Source: Chiloscyllium plagiosum
Taxonomy: Eukaryota
Direction of reading: 5' to 3'
Length of the DNA: 55,584 nt
Assembly: GCF_004010195.1 (NCBI RefSeq)
Contig: NC_057718.1
Location: 68,496,401 to 68,551,984 of the forward strand
Shown here: piece after piece, positions 1-13,241 of the stretch
How positions within the stretch are numbered: the first letter of the stretch is position 1
Layout: every line of letters begins with the position of its first letter
The notes under the pieces: model-generated
What the model saw: only the letters and a program-made list of their open reading frames with translations
Database searches by the model: none
Told to the model about the DNA's origin: nothing
Position numbers and translations under genes: made by a program

Positions 1-1010
1 TTTCCATTGCTTGCAACAGCGTGATTGGGTCACCCTTGTTCTCACTTTTCACCTCACCAGCCACCACGCTCAAAGGATCATTCTCTGCCATTTCAGACAA
101 CTCCAGCAGAACACCACCAGCAAACACATCTTCCCCTCAATCCCCAGTCTGCATTTCGTAGGGTTCATTCCCTCTCGGACACTCCAGTTCATTCCTTAAC
201 CACCAACACCACCTTCCCTTCTCATGGCACCTTCCTGTGTAACTGCGGAAGGCGTATCACCTGTCCCTTCACCACCTCCCTGCTCACTATCCAAGAGCCT
301 AAACAGTCTTTTCCGATGAAGTAGCATTTCACCTGTACCACCTCCAATCTTGTGTATTGTATTCACTGCACCCAACGTAGCCTATTCTACACTGGGGACA
401 TTAACCCAGACTGGGTGACCACTTTGCAGGTCACCTCTAGTCCATTTGCAAGCAAGACCCCAACCTTGCCATAGCCAGTCATTTTAACGCAGCGTCTTGC
501 TCTCATTCCACTTGTCTGTCCTTGGCATGCTGCAATGCTCCAGCCAATCACAGCGAAAACATGAGGAGCAACATCTCCTCTTCAAATTAGTCACTTTACA
601 ACTTTCTGGGTTCAATATTGAGTTCAACACCTTCAAATTGTGGAGTAATTCCTTCCCTTTCATGTTACATTCTCTGTCACCATGTCGCCTCTCCCCTCCC
701 TGGACTCCAGTGGCATTATCTGTTGTTTCCAGTCTGGCGGTTAGACATACCAGTGTTCTGCTCTTCTCACATTCCGATCATCTAATCTGAACTATCAACT
801 ATTTCAACTTTCTTCTGCAGCACTTCAACCTCCCCTGACTATTGTATAAATGCTGCCTCCTCTACACTTCAGTTTAGCTCTCCCCATGAAAAGTCATCCT
901 GACTCAAAACTTTAGCTTGTTTTTCTCCTTGGATGCTGCCTGACCAGCTGTGATCTCCAGCATTTTATGTTTTCAGTTCAGATTCCAGCATCTGCAGTAA
1001 TTTGCTCTTC
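1..1010 (+). mobile_element. Degenerate Penelope-like element (Cys-linker/Neptune-type), RT C-terminus to GIY-YIG and 3' end
   Basis: Broken frames LVLTFH..QRIILCHFRQLQ, GTFLCNCGRRITCPF and EEQHLLFKL. The 3' end gatgctgcctgac...ccagcatctgcagt is shared with other copies in the window. Confidence 0.8.
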
Positions 1011-1179
1011 CAATGAAGCGGCAGTTCATGTTGAAACATTATCAATCAAAATTAATGCTACCTTTTTTCCTAAGATCTAATAGCATATTAATAATTTATA
1101 TTGAAGAAAATAAAACAAATTCTATTCGGGGTCTAAATTAACATGAATGCAAGAGAACTTAATGCTTGTTCTCATCTGA

Positions 1180-1490
1180 TAAAAATCACACAACACCAAG
1201 TTATAGTCCATCAGGTTTATTTGAAAGCACTGGCTTTCGAGGCGCTGCCTCATCATTAGATAGCTGTGGAAAGCTAGTCCTTTCAAATAAACATGTTGGA
1301 CTACAACTTGGTGTTGTATGATTTCTAACTTTGTCCTGAAGAAGGGCTCATGCCCGAAATGTCGATTCTCCTGCTCCTTGGATGCTGCCTGACCTGCTGC
1401 GCTTTTCCAGCAACACATTTTCAGCTCCGATCTCCAGCATCTGCAGTCCTCACTTTCTCCCACCCCATCCAACACTGGCACCTCCAAATC
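1180..1490. mobile_element. Palindromic PLE-derived mini-element with a nested ~125-bp fragment of another PLE terminus (1336-1460)
   Basis: Inverted arms cacacaacaccaagttatagtcc / ggactacaacttggtgttgt. 13-bp direct repeat tcatctgataaaa at 1172-1184 and 1489-1501. Confidence 0.7.
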
Positions 1491-1944
1491 ATCTGATAAA
1501 ATTACGCTTAGCTCTTTGAAATAGGATCTTTGAACTATATCTGATTGTAACTGAGTGACTGCATATTTTATGAATTTGTATGTAAATGTTGCAGCTCTTC
1601 ATCTAAAAGAGTGGCTGTTTTATTTCTTACGTCAGCCATCCTAGGGCCTCTTTTATGATTTAGGAAAATTGATTGTACAATTTTGTGCTGTGGCACATAG
1701 TGTTCAAACTGAAGTAAAACACCCAAAATTCAATTCATAAAGTGACAGTTCACAGAGGAGTCAGTTAATAGTCTTATCAGCTCTGAATGTGTACCCAAGC
1801 TGAAATAAAAGGCCAATGACTAATTCTGATCTCTGAGTGATTTATATTTGAATATTAGCCCAAACAGACTGTTATTTTAACTTTAAACAGACTAGACTCT
1901 AAAATGTATTGCCTCAAATGCGGTGGAGGTGGGTACCAATCAGG

Positions 1945-2153
1945 ATTTGGAGATGCCGGTGTTGGACTGGGGTGTACCAAGTTAAAAATCACACAACACC
2001 AGGTTATAATCCAACAGGTTTAATTGGAAGCACACTAGCTTTTAGAGCGATGCTCCTTCATCACCTGTTGAAGGAGCATTGCTCCGAAAGCTAGTGTGCT
2101 TCCAAGTAAACCTGTTGGACTATAACCTGGTGTTGTGATTTTTAACTTGGTAC
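1945..2153. mobile_element. Palindromic PLE-derived mini-element, near-perfect ~180-bp hairpin
   Basis: 1974-2062 is the approximate reverse complement of 2066-2153. Flanked by ggtac(c/g)aatcagg at 1932-1944 and 2149-2161. Confidence 0.75.
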
Positions 2154-3088
2154 GAATCAGGGTATCCAAGAGGAAATTTGATTCGTTAGCTGAAAAGGAA
2201 GGACAGTATTACAGGACTATGGAGATAAAGAATAGTGGTGCTAGGTACATTGAGAACCAACACAGACATAATGGGTCAAATTGCTTCCACCTGTGTTGTA
2301 ATAATTCTATGATCTCCTTTACATGCAAAATTGCTGACATTTTGCCTCATAATAATAATGGATTTTCATTTTTTCTGATCTGCCTGAAAACTTGCACAGT
2401 ATTCACTTTTCCCTATTTTAGTCTTTCAGGAAATGTTATTTGGTTAAATTGCTGCTTCAATTACTTGGATAAAAATTTCAATGTCAGTTTTAACATTCAC
2501 TACCCCTTGTTTCTATTGCAATGGCATGGCAGCACTTTTTATTACTGAACCTAGTTATTCTTTGCTTCTAAATGTGTTAAGTTTTAAGTATAGTTCTAGA
2601 ACTTGAGTCTGCAAACTGGAGAAGAGGACTGAGAAATACCCTAAATAAGGACTGAATCCTTAGCCTTGTTACCTGGCTTTGAACAGTCAGGAACCTTCAA
2701 TTTATTTGTTTTTGCATTTCATATTTGCTTATTTGACATATTCAGAAGGTGTTGTTTTCAATGCTGCATTTGTGAGCAGATCGTGCACCATAAAACTAAA
2801 GTTGGTTTATGTTAGAAACTTGAAGTATGTGCACATTCGTAGGAGCATTGATTTAAACAATGTTTTTACAGAGACAACAGATTGGATGTACCTTGTCTGA
2901 AAGAACATTTGCAGCATAGAATAGAATATGGGATAGAACATGTGAGCTTGTTAGTCATATTTATTCATTTTACTGTAATATTTATGCTTGGACAAGATTA
3001 TCATAAACCCATTGCTGTGAGCTGAACTTTAAGCAAGTAAACTTTAATTTTGTTTTAATCTAACATATACTTAAACAATTTTATTTAG

Positions 3089-3137
3089 GATCTCAGAAGA
3101 CAGGATTTCTAAATGCACTAAAAGACAGCCCGGCAAG
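3089..3137 (+). CDS. zdhhc14: Palmitoyltransferase ZDHHC14, internal coding exon (49 bp; exon 5 by human numbering)
   Basis: Acceptor ttttatttag|GA. Reads (x)SQKTGFLNALKDSPA(S), matching the remembered vertebrate ZDHHC14 segment ..GFLNALKDSPAS... Followed directly by the U12 donor ATATCCTTT. Confidence 0.93.
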
Positions 3138-3577
3138 ATATCCTTTCCTGTCACATTCGAACAGATCATGAGAAGATCTTTGAACTACTTTGAGTGTGCT
3201 GTGCCAAGCTCATTTATACAATGAGATATTGCTCAATTGATCATTGGATGCTTCTTACTTTATTTGCTGAATATTTTCAATTCTGATTACATTAAACACT
3301 GAGTAACATGTAATGCTAGATGCATGCAATTAAAAATTTTCTTAAGTGATGTTCATTTAAAATCTCTGAGATTTCCAATGTGCATAGATGTATCCATATT
3401 ATGCTAAAATCGAAGGCATCTTGTAGTGTGCTCTGTTGGTTTCTTTCCTTCAGCGCAAAATACTTTTGTGCTATCATTTGCCGGAACTGCATTTAGCACT
3501 GGCATAATGAGGCAGTGAAGTAGCTGAGATCTTGCTTAACCAATGAGACTTGAGGATTGTGAAGGGAACCGGTGAAT

Positions 3578-3888
3578 GATTAGGTTAGATTCCCTGCAGT
3601 ATGGAAACAGGCCCTTCGGCCCAATAAGTCCACACTGACCCTCCGAAGAGTAACCCACCCAGACCCATTTCCCTCTGACTAATGCACCTAACACTATGAG
3701 TAATTTAGCATAGCCAATTCACCTGACCTGCACCTGTTTGGACTGTGGGAGGAAACTGGAGCACCCGGAGGAAACCCATGCAGACATGGGGAGAATGTAT
3801 AAACTCCACACAGTCAGTCGCCTGAGGCTGGAATCAAACCTGGGTCCGTGGTGCTGGGTGGTAGCTAACCACTGAGTCACCATGCCCC
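3578..3888 (-). mobile_element. tRNA-derived SINE, HE1/V-SINE-like
   Basis: Reverse strand has an A-box-like tggtgactcagtggttagc, a B-box-like ggtttgattcc, the central gtggagttt...tttcctcccacagtccaaa core and an (aatct)n tail. Similar copies occur at 10443, 30641 and 39663. Confidence 0.85.
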
Positions 3889-4924
3889 ACCCCAATGACA
3901 GAAGGAAGAGTATTTAGAGTGAAACTAAGTTTGGAAGAGAAATATTGCATTTAAAAAGAGAAAAAAGCAAAAGGAACCTGAGAAAAAAAGAAAATTATTT
4001 TTGTTTTTTAAATTTGAGAGAAGGACTTGCTAGGTGCAGGAATGAAAGTGCACATTTAAATTGGGTATATTTGTACAAAATGTTTAGAAATCCAAATATA
4101 TTACATCCACTGGTTCCATTTTATCTATCCTACTTCTTGTCAGATATGATTTCCCATTTGTGAAGCCATACTGACGTTGTTTGACTATGTTTTATATTTT
4201 TAAATGGTCTATTAGTACATCCTTCATAATAGACTCTAATATTTTACCAACAACAGATCTCAAACTAACTGGCCTACAGTTAAATATTTTTGTCTCCTTT
4301 ACTTTTTGAATAAGCATTTTACCTTGGCTGTTTTCCAATCCTTTGGGACTTCTCCAGAAACTAAGGATTCTTGGAGGATCACTACACTTTCTCTGTAACT
4401 ACTGCCTCTAATATCCTCAAATGCACCCATCAAAGCCAACGGACTTATCAGCCATTAATTTCATCCATTAATTTCACCCAATACTTTTTTTCTAGTCATA
4501 CTTAGTGTATGTATTTCCTCTCAACTTTACCCCCCCCAAACTGCCGCTATTCTGAAATGTTAGTAGTATTTAAAAACTGATGCAAAGTATTTGTTCAACA
4601 CCCCTACCATTTTTTGATTTCCCATTATTATTTTTCCAGGCCTACTCTCTAAGTGACCTATATTCACTTTGTTCTGTCTTTCTTTTCGACGTTGAAAGAA
4701 ACACGTGTTCCCCACTTTGATATTACTTACTAGTTTACCATCAAAGTTTTTGATCCGTATTATTTTTTGGTCATATGCTCCGGCATATCATATCTGTGCC
4801 GACCACGATGCCATTCTGAACTAATCCCATCTGTCAAAACACAGTCTGTATACCTCTCTTCCCTGTCTGTCATGTGTCTGTCTAAATGTCTTTTAAATAT
4901 TGCTATCAAAACTGCTTTCACCAA

Positions 4925-5750
4925 CTTTTCCAGTTCCAAGATGGCAGCAGAGTAGCAGGGCTGCGTGCAGGCTGTCGTCTGGGGCTCCTCCACTCCTATC
5001 TGTTTCTTCCTTCTTTTCTCTTTCTTGCATTTTTTCTTTGATGGGTTAGTCAGTGGCATCAGCGTGGCAGTGAGAGCGGGCTGTGCGTGGAGTGCTGGCA
5101 GCTTCCCAGCAATTGGAAGCAGCAGACACATCTGGAGGCGGCAACAGTGACAAAGATGCCTTGATTGTGGCCAGCGGCAGCAGTGATAATGCTCCTCCAG
5201 TGATTGGACGCAACGGCAGCAGAGTCTTCAAGATGGCAGCACTGGCTACGCAATATCTGAGGAGGGTGGAAGGGCCAGGGACTCCTGGTTGCAGTAGGCC
5301 CAGAGCAGGGACTCATGGCATTGGCAAGATGGTGTCTGCAACAACAGCAGCATGGAATGCTCAGAGAGGGAACGTCTGGTGTTGTCCAAGTGACAGCGGA
5401 GCCAAGGACTCCTGGTTTTGGACACGGTAGGGGCCAGAGTGGGAACTCCTGGTTATCGATGCGGCAGCGGCGCGCAGAGCAAGGGCTGATGGGTGTTGCA
5501 GGGACGTTGTGGACTAAGTGTGGGACTCAGCGTCAGTGAGATGGGTCCAGTGATGAAGAAATGTTGCCTAAAGTATAACTATTCCTATTTTGGTGTGACG
5601 GTGCAGATGATGGTGAGGTGATGGAGCATTGGTGGCAGTGCTGGTGTTGCTGCTGAGGTTTGATGACTCATTATCGCAGTGAAGCTTTTCACTATATTTA
5701 ACTATTATTCACTATAAAATGCAAGTGACAATAAATCATTCAAATTCAAA
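4925..5750 (+). mobile_element. Probable non-autonomous non-LTR element inserted into an old CR1 3' fragment
   Basis: GC-richer block starting ttccaagatggc and ending gtgacaataaatcattcaaattcaaa. It interrupts a minus-strand CR1-like tail (..actgctttcacc / ccttccctggca..). Confidence 0.45.
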
Positions 5751-6771
5751 CCTTCCCTGGCATAATGTTCCACACCTACTGTGTAAAAAAAAAAAAAAAA
5801 AATTACCTCTCTCATTACCCTTTAAACTTTCCCCTCTCATTGTTTGTGGTTTTTGAAACTTTCTAAATCCTCTGTTAACTGCTAATCTTTGCCACTTTAT
5901 ATGTTTTTCTTTCCATTTGATGCTATCCTTAATTTCCTTGGTTAAGCATGGCTAGATTATCCCCTTTCTAGAATCCTTTTTGCATGACTTCGTTGTGAGC
6001 CATGAGCTAATTTTTAAACATCTGCATTGTTGCTGTCTTTTCTGCTAAACGCTTACCCCAGTCCATTCTAGTTACTCTGCCCTCCTTCCCTTGTTATACC
6101 TGAATTTCAGTTTAGCACACTTCCGAAGGACCCAAATTTCTCACTTGAAGTTGAATGCTAATTTCTGCCTTGTTGTGGCCACTGCTTCTGAGGGAATTTG
6201 AGCTGTTGAATATGTGAAAGGCAGATTTTTGATCTCCAAGGGAGTTAAGGCTAATTGGTGAGGGGACGGCGGTGGCGGTGTGGTGGGGAACATAAAGTGG
6301 GATTGTGGCCTCAGTCAGTTCAGCCATGATGTTAATCAATGGGGATCATGTTGATGGGGTAAGATGGCCCACTCCTGTTCCTGTTTTTTATGCTATTACA
6401 TTTGTTTGGAGTTTATAAGAATAAGAGATGATGGAATTAAAACTTCGAAGATTCTGAAGAGGTTGATGAGGTAAGACACTGAGAAATTCTTTCCCCTAGT
6501 TAGGGAATCTAGAATATCTGGGCACAGCCCACTGGGCAATCATTCGGGACTGAGTTCAAAAGTTTCTACACGGGTTTGAGAGTCTTTGGAATTTTTAACC
6601 CTACTGGCTCATGAATGATCAATAACTGCCAAAGGCTGGTATAGATAGATTTTCACCTTATCTATGCCCCTCATGATTTTTCAAACCCTTAAGATCACCC
6701 CTCAATCTCCTATGATCCGGTGAAAAAAAGTCCCATTTATCCAGCCTCTCCTGATATTTAAAAAAAAAATA

Positions 6772-7444
6772 CCAACCAACCTTGATTATCTGAATATCAA
6801 TTATACGAATTTCAGATTATCCGAAGGGCCTGTACTGCACTGTAATGTTCTAAGATCTCAAGGTCCCGATAGAAACATTACATCAAAGACGTGTTTCCAA
6901 CACTGATCATGTCTTTTGTCTACAATGATTAAAAGTGAACTCGTCGTACTGAAGTGCTGCTGAGAACAGTCCTGGACTGATGGGAGCCTAAACACCGTCT
7001 CCAAATGACTGACCTCCCGCCCTCTCTCTCTCTCCCATGCTTTTCCTGGAGTTCTACACAGGGGTTGTACCCTAAAACCCCTTCCTTGATAATCTTTCCA
7101 ACATTGTCCTGTACAGGGCAAAGGTGGACCTTGTCAAACGTTGCAGTAAAACTGTGTGTGTGTGTGTGTGTGTGATTCCGAGACTCATCCCCCAAAGGCA
7201 GCAGCAGTATTGCTATTGGTGTCCACTCTGACTTACGGGAGGCTTCAGCAATGCTGTAGGCCCTTAATGCACAAGTGTATGTCTGCCCAGGAACAAACCC
7301 TGACACACAGAAAGGGAGCAAGGCAGGCAGAGCGAGGAAAAAGGAAACTTCAGAAAACTCCGAGCCCCAGAGTAGAGGCATTGAATCAATTATCTGAACG
7401 AAAAACTGCCTGCCCATCTCATTTGGATAATCGAGGTTCCGCTG
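6772..7444. mobile_element. Tigger/pogo-like non-autonomous DNA transposon (MITE)
   Basis: Imperfect terminal inverted repeats: left aaccttgattatctgaa, right ttggataatcgaggttccgctg. TA flanks both ends, with subterminal attatc(c/t)gaa repeats and an internal (TG)n. Confidence 0.6.
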
Positions 7445-9190
7445 TACTGGCTTTAGCGATAGTTAAAAAGAGATTCACTCGGCTGATGCGTGCATTGAAG
7501 GGATTGATTTATCAGAAAGAGCTAAATAGGATAGCCTTTACTCATTAGAGATCAAAAGAATGAGGCATTCCTTACTATTTAAGTGCAGACTAATTCTATC
7601 CCTCAGAATTGTTTTCAATAGTTCCCCCAAGATGGAGGTTAGACTGGCTGGACTGTAGTATCTTGGGTCCCTTCTTGAATAACAGTACCACGTTGGCCGT
7701 CTTCTAGCCCTCTAGCGCTCTCCTGTGGCCATAGAGGAATTGGCTGTGCATCTCCCAATAATCTTGAACCGTCTCTCAGGATCTTGCCTTCCTGGCAAAT
7801 TAGTTTAATCCCGCCGCCCCCCCCACCCCAGTAGCATCAGAAAACCTCACCACAAGAATATCCAATCAGCATACCCATCTAACTTTTATTTTAATTCACT
7901 CATGGGATATTGGCCAGCATTTACTGTTTGCTCTCGAGAAGGTGGTGATGAGCTGTCTCCTTAAACTACTGGAGACTATAAGAAGACCCACAATCCCTTA
8001 AGGGAGGGAATTCCAGATTTTGACCCAGTGACAGGGAAAGAAAGTCCCAAGGTGAATAACTTGAAGGGGAGCTTGCAGATGGTGCTATCCCCATGTGTCT
8101 GCTGCCCTTCTCTTCTAGATAGAAGTGATCGTGGGTTTGCTGCAGAGAACAGAATCTATTTCCCTCACTATGCTGAATGTTACTTCTACAGTTCTCTTTT
8201 CCTTCCACTTGCCCCTGCCAGAAAAATCTTGAATGGCAGTCTGCATCATATGTTGTAGTCAATTCACTCATCCTTCTTGCATTCTATGCCATTGTCCACC
8301 CTGGGACCAAGAATTTCATACTTGTTGGACATGGAAATGGCTGAGGTTCCTCCAAAGCTGAATTCTGGATTCCTGTACCTGTTTCACTCAGTCACACCAC
8401 CCCCACACCCCTTTTGCCTGACACACACCTGACTTAATGTAATTAATCTAAGGAGTGTGACTGCCCCGGAAACACAGCGTCCAAGTACCTCTTCTCTTCT
8501 CTCCCCCCCCCCACCCCCCCGAACTTTGCTATGTTCACAGCTCAGACACCAGCTCAGCTAAGAACTGAAGTTCTTCCAGCACCCAACACTTCCTGCATTT
8601 GGTCATTGTGGATTGCATGGCATCACCAGCCCAGCCGCAACTAGTCTATTTAATTAATTGATATGGATATTAAGTATTTTAAAAGTGATTTTTTAACTAC
8701 TCTTTAACATTCTCCTAATTCAAACCACTTAACCAGCTAAAAGAGACATGGAAGATATTCTGTAATTAATCTAAGGAGTTCAGTTCTGAAGAAGGGTCAC
8801 TGGGCCCTAAACGCTAATTCTGATTTCTCTCCCAGTTGCTGCCAGACCTGCTGAGATTTTCCAGCAGTTTCTGCTTTTGAGACATGAAAGATATACCCAG
8901 AAATCATCCTCCTGTTTTTGTGTGACTTTGCACATCTATTCTGGCAGGTGGAGACAGGTTGCAGGGCTCTCTGGCTCTCGTTATTTCCCACCACTACTGT
9001 TCTTCTCTTTATGAAATGGCTGTCCCCATCCTATTTTGTGCTGTTTGAGCAGCTGCATATCCTGTTGTTTATGAAGTTGCTGTTCCAGTTTTCTTTCATG
9101 CTCTTTATGAAGCTACTCTCTCAAACACTTTCACACTGTTTCAGAAACATAATGTCCTCCTGACTGTCTTTTTGGGGCAAGTGATTGTCT

Positions 9191-9316
9191 AGGAGAAAGT
9201 GAGGATTGCAGATGCTGGAGATCAGAGCTGAAAAATGTGTTGCTGGAAACGTCGATTCTCCTGCTCCTTGGATGCTGCCTGACCTGCTGCGCTTTTCCAG
9301 CAACACATTTTTCAGC
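9191..9316. mobile_element. Short inverted PLE 3'-end insertion with a perfect 14-bp TSD
   Basis: gcaagtgattgtct at 9177-9190 and 9315-9328. Minus arm about 9191-9248, plus arm about 9246-9316. Confidence 0.8.
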
Positions 9317-9521
9317 AAGTGATTGTCTTCCAGTTCTTGCCTCTTTTGGATTGGAAGAGATTTTGCAGCAAATTGCCTGTCCATTCAGTTAGTCAAAAAA
9401 TGGTTCAGGGATTTTATTTTTAATGAGTTGAAAATCTTAAAATTTGATCAAGCTTTGCATGTAACTGTTAACTTTTAGCTGCTTTCAGTTTTGTTTAGTC
9501 ATAACATCAAATAGTAAATGG

Positions 9522-11590
9522 GACGAGAGAGAGAGAATCACTAGAGAGAGAATAGGACCCGTCAAGGACCAAAGTGGACATTTATGGAACTATAGGAGCT
9601 GGGCGAGGTCCTCAATGAATATTTCCCCTCTGTTTACCCTGGAGAAAGACATGAAGAATTGGGAACTTGGGGAAGTTAGTGGTCATATCTTGGGGACAAT
9701 CCATATCACGGTAAAGGAGATGATGGATGTATTAGAATGTATTAAGGTAGATAAATCTCCTGGTCCAGATCAGGTATATTCAAGAATACTGAGAGGCTGG
9801 AGTAGAAATTGCGAGGGCTCTGGCTGATATGTTTACATCATCATTAGTCACAAGTGAGGTCCCAGCAGACAGGGTCGCAAATGTTGTGCCCTTATTCAAG
9901 ATTGGTTGCAAAGAAAAACCTGGGAATTGTAGACCAGTAAGCCGGACATCTGTGGTAGGTAAGTTACTTGAGAAGATTCTGAAAGATGAGATATTTATGC
10001 ATTTGGAAAGATAAGGTTTGATTAGGAATAGTCAACATTTTTTGTGCGTGGGTGATCATGCCTCTCAAATTTGTTAGAGTTCTTTGATGTAGTGACCAGG
10101 AGCTTGACGAGGTAAGGGCAGTAATCATAGTTTATATAGGTTTCAATAAATCCTTAATAAGGTTCCACATGATCAGCTGCTCTGGAAGGTTAGATTGCAA
10201 GGAATCCAGAGGGAGCTGGCAAATTAGATACAAACAATCGGCTTGATGGTAGGATACAGAGAGTAGTAGTGAAAGGATGCTTGTTGAACTGGAGGCCTGT
10301 GACTAGTGGAGTGCTTCAGGGGTTAGCACTGGACCCATTGTTGTTTGTTATCTCTATCAATGATTTGGATGAGAATGTACATAGCATGATTAGTAAGTTT
10401 GCAGATGCCACTAAAATAGGTAGTATCATGGACAGTGAGGAAGATTAGATTAGATTCCCTACGGTATGAAAACAAGTCCACACCGACCCTCCGAAGAGTA
10501 ACCCACCCAGACCCATTTCCCTCTGACGAATGCACCTAACACTATGGGCAATTTAGCATAGCCAATTCACCTAACCTGCACATTTTTAGATTGTGGGAGG
10601 AAACCGGAGCACCCGGAGGAAACCCACAAAGTCATGGGGAGAACGTGCAAACTCCACACACACAGTCGTCAAGGCTGGAATTGAACCCGGTTCCTGGTGC
10701 TGGGTGGCTGCAGTGCTAACCACTGAGCCGCCATGCCGCCCATTATCAGGTTATCAGGTTAGAAATTGCAGCAGGACCTAAATCAGCTGGGAAGTGGGCC
10801 GAGAAATGGCAAATGGAGTTTGATATAGATAAGTCTTGCATTTTGCAAATCAAAGTAGGAGTTTCATGGTGAATAGTAGTGCCATAAGGAGTGTAGTGAA
10901 CAGAGGGACCTTGGAATTCAGGTTCACAGTTCTCTGAAAGTAGAGCCACAGATAGACAGGGCAGTGAAGAAGGCTTTTGGCATACTGGCCTTCAGTCAGA
11001 GCATGGAGTACAGAAGTTGGGAAGTTATGTTGCAGTTGTACTAGATGTTGGTGAGGCTGCTTTTCGAGTATTGTGTCCAGCTTTGGTCACTTTGCTCTAG
11101 GAAAAATGTTATTAAACTGGAAAGAGTATTAAAGACATTTACAAGGATGTTGCCAGGACTCAACGCTCTGAGTTATAGGGAGAGATTGGACAAGCTCGAA
11201 CATTTTTCTTTACAGCATAGGAGACTGAGGGGGGTATCTTATAGAGGCGTATAAGATCATGAGAGGCATGGATAGGGTGAATGCGCTCAGTCTTTTTCCC
11301 AGGGTTGGGGAATCGAAGACGAGAGGACATTAGTTTAAGGTTAGAGGGGAAAGGACAAAAGGGAACCTGAGGGCCAACTTATTTACACAGAGGGTGGTAC
11401 AAATATGGAATGAACTTCCTGCAGAAGTGGTTGAGGCAGGTACATTAACGACATTTAAAAGGCATTTGGACAAATACATGGATAGAAAAAATATAGAAGG
11501 ACATGGGTCAAATGCAGGGAAATGGGGTTAGCGTGGATGGACATTTTGGTTGGCCTGGACTAGTTTGGGCCAAAGAGCCTGTCTCTGTGA
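9522..11590 (+). mobile_element. 5'-truncated, degenerate CR1/HER1-like LINE (RT and 3' tail), interrupted by a SINE
   Basis: Fragments KVDKSPGPDQVY, ANVVPLFK..KPGNCRPVS.TSVVGKLLEKIL and EYCVQLWS..KLERV..FTRMLPG, with many stops and frameshifts. Confidence 0.9.
10443..10741 (-). mobile_element. HE1/V-SINE-like SINE nested in the CR1 element
   Basis: Same family as 3578-3888. The LINE sequence resumes on the other side. Confidence 0.85.
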
Positions 11591-13241
11591 CCATCGTTTG
11601 ATCTGTGCTGATGTTATTACTGGACAAGTCAGATTCCAAACTGAAATCTGATTTGTTAGATCACATTGTTTTGTTTTTAATGAGGTGGTATCTCGATGAG
11701 CAAGAAATATGCAGTGTTGCATGTTTTGTTTTCCCAATGGAACAGAAGCTTTCAAAGCAAAATAAATTAAGATAAAATAGAATAAACCAATCTATTTACT
11801 GGGTTTTACATACTTCGTAAATTTAAAATCCCACTAATCCCAAACACTCTTTTACAAGTTTAAAAATACCATCCCTTGACATTGTCCCATCAATTCTTGT
11901 ACAGTACTCATCAGTGTTCCCTCTAGGCTAAAGTATGAACAGCCACTCCAGTGTTCTGCATACAATGGTCGGTGCCAGTACACCGATTGCGGCATTGATG
12001 TATGATTCTGGAAGATTACAACCTCTGATTTTTTTTTTTAAAACCTCTGATAGCTGTTTTCCTGGAGCTGTCACGCACCTGAGTTTAAACAATTTTAACT
12101 TCAAATCCTTTACACAATTTTCTCCCAATACTTCTGGTCTGGGACTATCAGTAATTTCTTACTGTAAAGTAATCCAGTTGGCTATTTTCTCCTCTGCTCA
12201 AGACCACTGTTCTATACATGCATCTTAGTGCAATGATTTCACTGAAACACAAGTCTCCCTCTGTCTACCTATGGATGTTTCCCTTAGCTTAAAAAACATA
12301 AAGATTTGAGGTACAATTGATTATCTAGCTAGGTTGCAAAAACCTAAAGTAAACAAAAACACATTTGGCTCCCAAGGATGTCCTTGCAAACTGTTTTATA
12401 AGAAATAACCACAGCTGCAGAAATAATTACAAGATTTATTAACTTGAAGCACCTAGAAAAACCAAATATTATTAACTCAAGATTCAAAATCCAAACTTAA
12501 AATAAATGATATTAAAAATATGTGGAACCTCAGTTTATATCACACCGTTAAAAGGCATGCAGGACAATATCACGGATGGTAGCGTGATGGCAGAAATAGT
12601 AAATAATTTTGCATTGGTATTTACCAGAGAGATAGAACAGGTAGATATAACATTGAATGATGAGATGATTTAAATGCATTTTAAAAAAATAGAACCTATT
12701 GTGGGGTGGTGGGTTGACAGTCATTTGGCTATTCACCCATTATATGGAAAGCATCCTGACTCTTGACCACCCTAAATGGCTGACTGACCATTTCCAAGCT
12801 CTGGACTGATATTGAAGACGGCTCTTGACTGACAGTCTGAGACTTGCTAAGTGAAGGCTGTCTTGGTTAACATGACCCAGACCTGCAGACAACCTTGTCA
12901 ACTTCCTTCCTGTATGCCTATGCTAAATATCAAGGTAAGACAGAAGTAGTATGAACCTGGTAACTCTGACTAAGGGGGCAAAATACAAAAAGGTGATGCG
13001 ACAGTGAGTGAAAGGAGGTAGAGGTCCAGTCCATGCACTAGGTCCTTAGAACACGTGAGTGAAGTTTAACTCCTTGATTTGATTGAAGCCAGCTGAAAAT
13101 TATGACGTTTCCTAGCCTTATGCCTGTGCTAAACAGCATAGCAGGCTAACCTGATATCTCTAGCTGAGGTACAAAGTGCAAAAAGACATGGCACTGCAAA
13201 GGCAGGAATGGTATAACACACCAAAACAGCAGCTAATTAAC

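Noticed and set aside
1..3088. The DHHC catalytic exon of zdhhc14
   Set aside because: No DHHCPW-coding sequence was found here. It presumably lies upstream of the window.
4760..5539. Cluster of overlapping ORFs in a GC-richer block
   Set aside because: No recognisable protein similarity. Overlapping frames are expected from the base composition of an inserted repeat.
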